Positions 36,501 to 48,500 of a stretch of DNA of 64,000 bases are shown here, one piece after another. Source of the stretch: Okamejei kenojei. Taxonomy: Eukaryota. The first letter of the stretch is position 1. Each line of letters begins with the position of its first letter. The notes under the pieces were generated by a model. That model was not told where the DNA came from and did no database searches. It saw nothing but the letters and a program-made list of their open reading frames with translations. The stretch is from positions 15,128,001 to 15,192,000 of the forward strand of contig CM069164.1 of the NCBI GenBank assembly GCA_035221665.1, read 5' to 3'. A program made the position numbers and the translations under genes.

Positions 36501-39500
36501 ATTAAGAATTGTTTACACATCTTCGGATTGCATTATAATCTTGCACCATTCTGTTGTTTTGCACTCCTCATTGTACTTATTGTATCTATCATTACAGTAT
36601 GTGTATTATTTACTCTATGAGCTTCATATAAACAAGGAATTTCATTCCATACATCGTTTATGGGGCAATAAAACTAAACTAAGTAACTACCCAAATTGGT
36701 TCTTTACATCCATACAAGAAAATAGATGGGTTTTCAGCTTAACTTTTCACTCCTAGAATATCAAACTTAGTGATGTATCCCAGAGTCAGATGCAAAATCT
36801 TATCGATGGAGTATAAGACATTAAACCCAGGTTGCCTTTGAAGAAGAACAGCACAGTTCCCCTCAGTGTCTCAGTCAATGTTTCTCTCTCAACCATCACT
36901 GAAGTTTAAGTAACCATGCCATGGGCATTTTCTTTAGTTGTGGCAACTCATCACAGGGATTTCACCGGCTGCAAGTGGGAGAGTTCATCGAACTGCAAAT
37001 ATCTTCCAGGAGCACAGCCTGAAATCAGATTATCAACTGATCCTGACAGTCCATTTGCCAATGAAAATGTAAGTGAATGGCAAAGGAATAATTGAATTCA
37101 AAGTGTTTCAATGACCAATCCATCAACCCAGTGCACTGAACCAAAGGTATTGGGCCTCACTCTGAAATATAATACCAGACCAGTGATCATGCATGTCATT
37201 GAAACACACTGAGCTGCATGCCATGTGCTCTCCGTGTAGTCCTGAACAATACGATCTCCCATTACCTTGCCGTACAAACGTCTGGCTGGTGTCCAAGAGA
37301 ATCTCACAGCCCTCCACAATCAACCGCTCGATAGCCAAGTTCTTGCGAATGTTTTCTGTTTCACTCACTTCATCGTGCATTATCCTGTGACAAACACAAA
37401 CAGTGTTAGTTTCACATTGCCGTGTACACGGGCAACACAGCTTTTCGGCAGGACAATGGAAGAACTCTGTCAATCTTTGTTCAGTGGATCCAAGTTCTCT
37501 CATGGTCTGCATGTGGGTGGGTGCAGCACTTCTAAACCAGGAAGGGGGAAAAAAAGGGTTTTCCACCAACCCACACTGATATGCGTATGGAAGGAGACTG
37601 GTCTCAGTTTCAATAGTTCATTCGTGGAGTAGATTTTCAACCCTCACTGTGTCATCAGTGAGATGCCAGAACATGGCAATCAGGACGAGAAAACAATTAA
37701 CTCCAGAAGAAAGGGAACGGAGAAGGAGAGGAGAAGAAGTGGATAAAATTGGAAGAGACAAACTTGAAGAAATAGTTTCAAATACCAAAACACTATTTTA
37801 ATTTACAAAGACAGATTGGAGGATGGAGTAGCTGGATGTGAGCTGATATTAATTTTCAAAAGAGGATTGTTGCCCTGTAATAAAAAGTTGGAGAAAACTT
37901 TGATGTTTAATTCAGCCACAGTCTTCAAATGCTGCCAAGACCAGTGGAAGGAATGTTCTGTCTTCATCTGTCTTCCATTGCAGAAATAGGGCTTAAGAGA
38001 AAACTACTGTAACCTTTTCAGGTGTTTTTAATTGCCAAGGTAAATAGAACCACCAAACTAGTAGTCAAATTGTGAGAATAAAATCCCCAGGCCATTGATT
38101 TGTGATACATATTCTATTCTCACTTCATCTACTCATCTTTCTGTGTCTCAATTTGTAAATCTTGGCCCATTGTAAGCAGAATTCCACTTAAAACTGTGCA
38201 AATTCTCTGCTTCAAGAACAGACATCAATGCCACACCATGCTTGAAATCTCAAAACAATCCAATCAGCATTGGATTGGAAAAGTTAGGAATTTATGGTTC
38301 ATTCTTGGAGAAGGGTGGAAAGTGTTTCAAGCTCATGACGGAGATGGCCACTGGATGGCGTTACTCACCGTGAGAGTTCCTCCAGCTTTGACTTTGCGTA
38401 CTCCAGACTCTTCCTCTCCACGTGCTCGTGGGGTGTGTGAGCTAACAACTCGTGGAGAGTCAGGATGTATCTGGGGATCTAAGGAGCCAAAGTCAGAAAA
38501 TACAAATTACAAACAAGTAGATGTTCTGTTTGCAGGTTGCTTTTTATTGGACACCAAACAGACTTTGTTGTTATATGCAAAAGACTACAGAAATAAAATG
38601 GATAAATGACGATAATGTAAAATGGATAATATTGAATCAGTTGTCTTCACTGGAAAATCAAATGAGCTGCAAATATGACTACTAAGTCCCCATTGCTTAT
38701 TCTGTGTTCTTCTACTTCCCAACTAACATTCCCTCATTTTTCATTTGCACATGATATAGGTATTCTCTACTTTCTCCACATTCTATATACAATCTTCAGT
38801 CGGATAATCCTATGATCACACGGAATGTGGGATCGAACACAAGAACGACATCACAATTGAAGATTGTTGAGGAATTCCCTATTTATAAAGGTCTATTTAT
38901 ATTTATATATACCAACTATGTATAATTGGTCCCGGACTTTATCACTTATCAGCTGCAACATGCACCCAACCCCTCCCTTATGCTCTGCTATTTCACCTGA
39001 AACATTGGATAGGTCAGGAATGTCTCCAATGTCCTCTCTTCACAATCCGGCTTTGCTTCATATTGTTTCAGAAGTTTGTCAAAGTCCCTGTTTTGCTTGC
39101 AGCTGGCCAAAATCTGTAGACTATACTGGTGATTCCTTACGAACTCCTGATAAATGTTCAACATTGGAAGGAGAATGTCGAACAGGTCAGCTGTGGGATG
39201 GTTCAGAATACGCATGGTCAAAAGCTTGGTGTAGTCACCACCTCTAAACATTTCTGCAAGACTACACACGGACTGGCAGTGGAAAGTCAGACCTCACATT
39301 ATGACTTGGCACACAGATGGGAAGATTCATTCATTGTGTGGATAAAGAAGCAAAGGCTTGCCTTTCATGAGCTGCAAATGATCCTGGCCGCCTGTGAAGT
39401 GCTTTTGGAAATTAATCACTGCTGCAAACACACATGTAATATGCACTGCGTGTTCCCACAAATGAAAATAAATGAAGGCCAATAATCTGTTTTGGTAATA

Positions 39501-42500
39501 TCGATTGGGAATAATTCATGGAGAAACCCCTTGCATTTCTTCTGGCTTGCATCCACCCAAGAAGGCAAGCAAGGGACTCAACTTAACATTTTATCTGGAA
39601 AGCCAAAAGCTTTAACAATGTAGTACTCTTAACTGCCGAGAAAATGCTAACTTTTATTCATCAACAGTCAGTAGCCAAGAATTCTAAATTTTAACTGCCA
39701 TGTAGTTATTGAGTGTTAGAACATTACTTCCTTTTCTAGCCACTGTGATTTTTTTTGGTGAAAGTTTTCTTCCTTGTTTGCAAAATCTCAGTCAGTTGAA
39801 ACTACATCCCAGACCTAAAGCATTATTTGTTTCTCTTTCCACTGATGCGGCCTGACCTGCTGAGATTTTTCAGCATTTTTTGATTTTATTAGAAATGACC
39901 GCAGTGTAAATAATACGGTGATCTTAAAGGTCAGGCTGTTCTCTAAATGTTCCCAATTTTAGTGAATACCCTGCATTGCACATGATTCCCAATAACTGTT
40001 GATAACATCCCAGTGATTTACATTTACACATTCTTTCTATACTTGGTGCCTAAATCTGAAAAACAGCATTTCCACTGTGGCTTAATTATAATATGGTAAA
40101 CACTCAGTGTCACCTCTTCACATTTGCATTTTATTTTCCTTGATACTAAAACAAAAATGGTAGGTATTTTTATTTGTGGGCTTTTTACACAATGATACCT
40201 TTGGACTCTTGTGTGAACATTGAACAACCTTGTATTTTGTTCCTCTGCTCTTAGATTAAAGGTCTATTAATTGGCATTTGCCAATATTCAACTGCACATG
40301 GCACCCACCTGCTCATGCAGTTCTGTCCACCTATAATCTTGATAATTCAGTACACGTGACAATAAACTATTAATTAATTCTGGTCACAGCATTCCCAAAA
40401 ATGTAGAATAATTGAATTCCAAAATTATTCTTAATTGTTTTATATGTAATAAATGGGAGCAGGCCCAACATAACATTTTATGGAATTCTACTAACTTGAC
40501 CTTTTTTTTGGAAAAACATTCTGTAGATGTTGGAAACTGCAACAAAAAAAAAAAAATGCAGACTGCTAGAGGTACCCAGCTAGTTAAGCAGCATCTATGT
40601 GGGGGAAGGTATCCTGATGTAGGGTCTCAACCGGAAACTTTGACAATTCCTTCGCCCCACAGATGCTGCTCGACCCGCTGAGTTTTCTGCCAGCTCGTCT
40701 TTTGCTCTTTGATTTTATACTGACAGTCAGCACTTTTCACCAATTGATCACCTTCCTTTTAAACAACCAGATCTTTCACTCTGGTTGAGGAATTAAACTA
40801 GAAGAGCAATAACTGAACTCTGATTGAACTGTGCTTTGTTTACTTCACAAGAAGCTAATCCTGTTCTGTTCTGTTAAAGAGGCTAGGCTCCATCTTGAGA
40901 GCAGAGCATATTGCGGATTGAACACTATAATTTTCACATCTGCACAAAGGAACGCAACACCTGAGTTACCTCATGATACAAGTACTCACGATACCTACCT
41001 AATACTAGTGTAGGCCAGCTGGAGACTCGCGCTTTTAGTCCCTGGTAAAATATTTGGTGCAAAAACATAATTGTTTCACTGGAAAAGAGAACAAGATAAG
41101 TATAAAGAAAGAGAATGGAATGTGTATTTACAGAACCTCTCTCTGTAATCATCCAGCATTTATTCATTTATTTCATCAATGTGATCGTAATTTTGCATTA
41201 ACTCAAATCCTTCTAATTGGTTGCACAATAAAATCCCGCTAATCATTTCTGATCACATCCTTCCAAGTCATAGACAACTCAATGGTGATAGGTATGTATG
41301 AAATTCTAAAAAAAACTTTTTTTTTGCAAATCTTTCACAGATAGACTGCATTTATTCTTCCTTGGGGAATTTGGTGGGAAGGTGGAACCAGTCATGACGG
41401 TTTAGTGCAACTTACTGTCTTCAGAGCCTTTTCAGGGGGAATATTGCAGTGGATCCAGAGTCACATACAGGTCACAATGGGTAAAGGTCAAAGGTTTCCA
41501 TCCCTGAACATTAGTGATCCCTGAACATTAGTGATCCAAATTACTTTTTATCATAATCCACCTGGCTATCAATACAATAATTCCAGATTTATTTCATTAT
41601 ATCAATTTAAATTACCCCTCCTGCCAGCACGGGATAGGAACTCAACCTCATGATTGCTGGTCCAGCATCCTAAGTACTATTTTATTATAGTCTCTTGCTG
41701 GATACCTGTTTAGGAATACGCTGCTAACATCATCATGGGCAATTGGAGGCTTCTTGGAGCTGGCTGCCATGCGGAGTGGTCGGAGGAAGCAGTTCACAAG
41801 GATGTGGAGCTGCTGGACATACTCAGCCTCAGCCTCCAGCATACTGAACACAACCTGGTTCCTCTTCCTCATGCTCTCAGCATGTGGGGAGCGGATGTAG
41901 TCCTGAATAATGGTCTTCCACTTCCTTCTGCACAGCCATCCTCGCAGGAAGCTTTGGACCTGTTGGATACAGCAACAACTTTAACTTGGAGGGTAGGTGC
42001 CACAGTTAAGAATTCACAGGTGAAACCAAGGTTGACCAGACAATCAACTGCAAGGAAGAAAGTTACATATCAATGAACTGCTTAGAAGGGCGGGAAAGTG
42101 ACAAATGGAATCCAGTATGGAAATGTGTGAAGCAATACATTTGTGGAGGCAAACAAGGCAAGAAAATGTATCAAAAATAGGGGACACCTGGGAGCAAAGG
42201 AATCTTGGAGCTTATGTCTACAGATCTCTGAAGGTCAAGAAGATTTTTACGTGTTACGTGTTTACGAAGAATATGTTATGTGGGATGGGGTCGCAATAAA
42301 ATCAAAAATGTTTTACTGTAGGATATCTCAGTGGCTTGATTGTATATATGTCTTACCTTCTTGATTTTCCTTATATCAACATCTTCATCGTTCTGCGTCA
42401 CTGGCTCGGTTAGTTGGATGCGGTCATTGTTTTTGAGCAGTGAAGCAATCTGTTAAAAAATAAGAGAAAGAAAGTTAAGTGAGTTCAATGACCTGATCCA

Positions 42501-45500
42501 TTACCACTAAAGGCACTCAGGCAAAGGCTCACAAACAAAAGCCACAAGTATTTCCATACAATATTCCCAGCTTCCAACAGGATTCTCCGCAGTGCAACTG
42601 GGAGTGAAATAATTCCCGAGTTCAGTAACAATTGCACCTTCTCCACTTCTACCCATTTCCTTGACTTGTAACCCAGAATATTCCTACAGAGGTGACGTAT
42701 CTCACACCAGTCAGCACAACCCTGTCTTGATCGTTTCCTACCTCAGCTTTCAGTCGCTCAACTTCAATCTCTTGATCCTCAATTTGCTGCCGCAATCGTT
42801 TTGCAACAGTTTTCTCAGTCTCTACGATCTGCAGAAGGTGGAGGTATTTCTGCATCAGGGACTCGTGTTCTGTTGCAAGGTTCCTGTAACTGTTCAAAAA
42901 TGCAATTATGAACAGATGGAATGAAGGGAAAGGCAAAGCTTCGGTTGCTAATCTCCAATAGGGGAAATGAGAATGGAAATTGCATTGGACCAAAGAGATT
43001 TATGGATGAGATGACTGTTGTCCATTGACAAGGTGCACCTGATCCTCACATAACAGAATTATTGATTAACTCCAGCAGTCAGTCTCTCTCAGTAAGCCCA
43101 GGTCTCAACATCCGCCTGAGAAATTCCAGTGATGGTGAATCAGAGGTTAGTGCTGATGGAGAAAACCATCTTCAAATATTAAATAAGTTAAATCTTCTTA
43201 AAGGAACTAGAATCTAGATACTTATTTCCAATGCAAGACCAGTAATTATGCCTGCTGCCCACTAATTATTTCTGGCACGCATGGATCTCATCTGAAACAT
43301 GAGGTCTCCACCAAAAGTTGACAGCATCAATAACTGCGAGATGCTGTTCCTGGTACTGCATTGGGCCATTGGAAGGGTCTAGTTTATATTTGCTGCCCAT
43401 ACCAGGTCACAAGTCTGCAGAGGGTGGTGCAGAGAGACTATCACAGGCACGGACTTCCTCACCAACTACATGAGGCAAGAGGTACAGAAACCCAAGGTCG
43501 CACAGTACCAGGTTCCGGAACAGTTACTTTCCTACAATTAACAACTTCTCGAGCCTACCCGCACAATCCTAATCCTACCTCGGCAACAGAACACTATGGA
43601 CCACTCTTGCACAGCCATCAGCCTTTTTTTTGTCTTAATGTGTTTTTGCACTTATGTATTTTCTTTTGCACAGTCTTTTCTTTTTCAAGGAATTGGGTCC
43701 AGTTAATCACCTTTAATAATTTAGGAATACATATTGAAATAGCAACATGGGATTTTTCACAGGCATTTGAAAGGGCAGATGATATGTCAAAATAATGGCA
43801 CCTTCCAGTTACACACTGGAATATCAGCCTAGTTCTATATATGAGCATGAGCATGCAATCTTCACCTCAGAAGCAAGGGTGGTGTCCACTAAACCACTGA
43901 GATTATAAGAAATATAATAGGTTATTTGGGTCTGTGTCAGCTCAACCATTCAATGATTGTGGATACAAGGATGTTAAGATTCATGGAGACTCAGGACATA
44001 TTGAAAATGGGGATAGGGAAGGCAAGTGCAGGAGACAGAGGATCAGCTGTAATTTTGTTGAATGGTAGAACAGACTTAAGGGATGAATGGCCTCCTCCTG
44101 CTCCAGCTCTTGGCATTCCAGTTATGGTTGCAGCGCTAATTGACCCAGGGCACCAGGTTTCTCGAGGCTCAGAAACACCTGGGTCCATTAAATTATTTTT
44201 GGACATTGGATCCAACAGCACAAAAAAAACAGTTGAAACCTTTTGCCTCAAGTACTTCATTGAAATCTTTTCAATCCTTGCTTCAATAGTTCAACGTCAA
44301 ATGCGGTCTCTTTATAAACATAACAAAATGTCACAAAAATCACACTCCAGCCGTGTAAGGATTTGAATAGTTTAGTCAGCAAGGCTCTTGACTTGTTTAT
44401 GAAACCATGGCAGGCCCACTTTCAGGGCCTGTCCTTGATGGCCTTTGGTTGCTATGGTTACTAAAAGCCTTTCTGGACCTTGTTTGTCACAATAATTGGC
44501 CACTCAGGCAAATAAAGTACATTCCAGAAGAAGACAGTGAAAGTGACCTTAAAAGAATAAATTCTACCCTGTACATCAATCAAACCTTCATCTCAATTGC
44601 AAACCTTCATCCTTACTATGTGTCATGCGATTACAGAAACATATTGAAAAAGTAACCGCGATTCAAATGACTTTTTAAAAAATAACTGTGTTTTGGAGTT
44701 GTGGGCATTGCTGTCTTTCTTCAGCTTGCCTGGCCAGTTCAGTTAAAAGTCGATCACACTGGTGTGAGCCTTTATGTGAGTCACACATAGGCTCAGAACC
44801 ACATAAAGATAACAGCTTTCTTTTCACTGTGACTGGGAGAGTTATTGGAAGGGTAGCCATGGGGCTTACAGCAAGATCCACGGGAGAGGAGGACGGAGAA
44901 AATAACAAAGACATTTTCTTGAGAATCAGCAAGTGCAATCTGACAGGTGGTAAGATGACTGCAGCATATGGACCGTTAAAGTGCCTATACTGCCTTATGA
45001 GGTTTATAATGAGCACAATTAATATTTGTGTGAATTTTATTGCTAGCCTGAGAGGATCTCAAAATGCAGCCAACAGGTGTAAATTATATGAGAGGGCGAG
45101 GATGGCAGTGTTGTAATGAGGTGATGTGTTGCTCCACACATTTGTGCCTAGTTGTTCGTACCTTGCCTGGAAGGTAATTGTTGGCCTCAAACAGCCTGGG
45201 AACCGCTAGATGAGAAAAGCCCAAAGTTCCTCTTATTCTAATTTATCAGCTGAGATGGACACTCTCCCAACAAACTAGCATGAGAACAATGGGCTGAATG
45301 GCCACCTTTCTTGAATCATTTTACTTTTCTAACCTGGTTGTTATATGATGCTACATAAATGTTCTCTTATCAAAGGGATCAATGTCTGCCGCTGTCTAGA
45401 CTGCTTTTCCTGAAAGGAACCAGTTTCAAAATAACCTAAAAGGAAATAGCTATATAAAGCAAAAACTTGTTGGACATAAGCTGTTCTGCAGGGATTATTT

Positions 45501-48500
45501 GGGAGTTCTTTTGAGAGTTTGTACAGACATGATGGACTATATAATCTCCCTCTGAACTGTACAGTTTGCTAAGTAACGCTGATAGTGACCAGAGGCAACA
45601 ATAATGGAGTCGTTGGGTAATCGCACAGTGATCAAACCGTATTGATGTGGCTGCAACAAACCCAGACAATATGTGAGGAGGCTCAGTAGTGCTGGACAAT
45701 GGAAATGGAAAACAAAACTCACTGATTTATAGTAAGCAGAGAACATTCACGCAGATGTTGCCAGGACTTGAGGACCTGGATATAGGGAGCGGTAGGGCAG
45801 GCGAGGACTTCATTCCTTGGAGCGCAGAAGGCTGAGGGGTGATCTTATTGAGGAGTACAAGTTAATGAAGAGAATGGATAATATTCAATACCGATTTTCC
45901 TAGGGTGGGGGAATCAAGAGCTGGAGGATATAGGTTAAGCTGAGAGGAGAAAGATTTAATAAAAACCTTGGTCCCATTTGCCCACCAAATAAAGCATGGT
46001 GAGCATAAGGGACGATCTGCCAGAGGAAGTTGTTGATGCAGGTACAATCACATTTAAAAGACATTTGGACAGGTACATGGATCGGAACAGTTTAGAGGGA
46101 TATGCGTTGAATGTGGGCAAAAGGGACTAGCTTAGATGGGGCATCTTGGTCGGCATGGATGAGTTGACCCAAAGGACCTGTTTCCATGATCTATGACTCC
46201 ATGTTCCTCCTAATGTGCAACACTCCCATCATATCTAATGTTGCTCCTATACTGGAGCCATAAAATATTTTTCTGCAAGTTACAAATTGATTCAGCGGGT
46301 CAGGCAGCCGCTCTGGAGGACATGGATAGGTGACGTTCTGGGTCGGAACCCTGAAGGGCCCTGCACTTTGTGTTTTTTGTAAACCAGCATCTGCAGTTCC
46401 TTTTGTCTTTAAACATGTTTCTGAGGCAGATTAAACATCTCTGCTTTAACGGTAGATTTAATGTTGTCTTGTTAGGACAACAGGAAATCCATTCACAGCC
46501 TCTTGAGTGCGATTGATGCCAAGCCACCTTCTGACACAATCTGCAGCCTTTCACTCAAATTACTAACCTGGAATTGCTCCCAATGGTGTATTTTGTGTCA
46601 ATTAACATCTAGCTCAAGTATTATCATAAGAACTGACACTCAGAGGATCTATTTGTACAACCAACAGCTTAAAATCAATGATTCTGTGAAGCAATTCAGT
46701 TGCTATCTTTGTCTGTCTGGAGACTGTGGGATTTTCTGGATGTCTTTCACCTCTCCATGAATGGTACATGCAGAGATCAAGTCTGAAAACTAGATACCAA
46801 ATGCTCGATACTACTTGAACCAGCAGACTCTGAAGACTGTGTGACTTAAGGAAAGTAATACATTGAAATATTTTGAAAAGGCAACAAGGAGGTGTAATAG
46901 GAATAGCACATTTGATACCGATTACTAGACTTTAGCAAAAGCATGCAAGACAAATTGGATAGGCAAGTAAACTCCAGAGAATTTCAGAAAAGGTGACAGT
47001 CTGTGGGCAAGTACTGAGGCAGTGCTGTACTGTCAGTGTACTGATCTGTGGGAGGGCAATACTGGGGGAGTGCAGCGCTGTGCGAGGGGCAAGAGAGGGA
47101 GTGCCGCACTGTCAGAGGGGCAGTATTTAGGGAGTGATGCACTGTTAGAGGGATAGTACTGAAAGAATGCTGCTCTGTGGGAAGGGCAGTACTGAGGCAG
47201 TCATGCACTGTCAGAGGGGCAGTATTGAGGGAGTGTAGCACTGTAGGGGGGGCAGTATTGTTGGAGTGCTGCTCTGTTGGAGGAGCAGTACTGAGGGAGT
47301 GCTACACTGTGGGAGGGGCAGTACTGAGGATGTCAGGCAAAAGGTAGGGGCAATATTGGGGAAGTTCAACACTGCGGGATGGGCAGACTGAGGGACCACT
47401 GCACTGTCGGAGGGGCAGTACTGATGGACAACTGGCACTGTTGGAGGGGCAATATGAAAAAGTACTGCACTGTCAAAGGAGCAGTACTGAAGGAGTGCTG
47501 TTCTGGCAAAGGTGCAGTGCTGAGGGAGTACTGCACTGTCAAAACGTGTCACCTCATTCTCGGAGCTCTGTTTTGTCTGTTCAGGTGGTAATTTTTGAAG
47601 AAGACCAGGAGGCTACATGACATTCTCACATCTGAGCCAAGTGGCGGTGGGTTGAAGGACCCCGTGAGCTACCTGGTATAAAGCTGCAGGATCAGTACTC
47701 AGGGTGTGACGCACTGTCACAGGGGCAGTCCGGAGGGAATGATGTGCTGTCTCAGGATTAGCACCGAGTGTGTGGTGTATGGTCGGCGGGTCAGTACTGA
47801 GGTTGGGGGGGGGGGGGGGGGGGGGGGGGTATGTTCTCATCTACTTTCCAATATCTGCTTTCTGAACAACATCAGAATAAGAGATGATCTGGCTATTGGC
47901 TTCTCATCATGTTTGGGATCAGACTGTGCACAAGCAGATATGTTACCCTAATGGACTACATTTGAAAAGTTTTCACTGGCTGCAGAATGCTTTTTGATGT
48001 CCAAAGGATGTGAAAGTTGCTATAGAAATCCAAGTCTTTGTCTCTCGCTGCAACTCTGGGTTTCAATGGTGAAACAAGATAGAAGGAAAGCTGTTGGTGG
48101 GCTTCACGGCAGCAGCTTATATTAATGGATAGAGTACATTTAATATTGTCCAGCATATTTTGCTTAAGCATCGCCAAACAAAATCAGACACTGTGCCATG
48201 TAAGGAAACATGAGGGTGAGTGGCCAAAGCTCAGTCAAAGTGGGCGGTTTGAGGAGGTGAATTTATGGTGGAGAGTAAGAGAAATTAAAGGAGTGAATTC
48301 CAGACAAGCAGGTCTGAGCAGCTTAATACAACAAAAGTGGAGCATTTGAAATTGGAGATGATTATGAGTCTGGAAGTGGAGAGGTGCAGAGATACCAATC
48401 AACACAGGAACAGGCTCTTTGGCCAACGATGTTTGTGTCAAACATGAAGCCAAATTCATCTAATCTCTTCTGCCTGCACCTGCTCCATTTCCCTCTATTG

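Noticed and set aside
44891-44900. GGACGGAGAA, matching part of mature miR-184 (a neighbour of RASGRF1 in mammals)
   Set aside because: Only 10 nt match, with no precursor hairpin; likely chance.
46997-47545. Regular ~33-bp repeats superficially like a CRISPR array
   Set aside because: Head-to-tail degenerate tandem units without unique spacers, in a vertebrate intron, with no cas genes.
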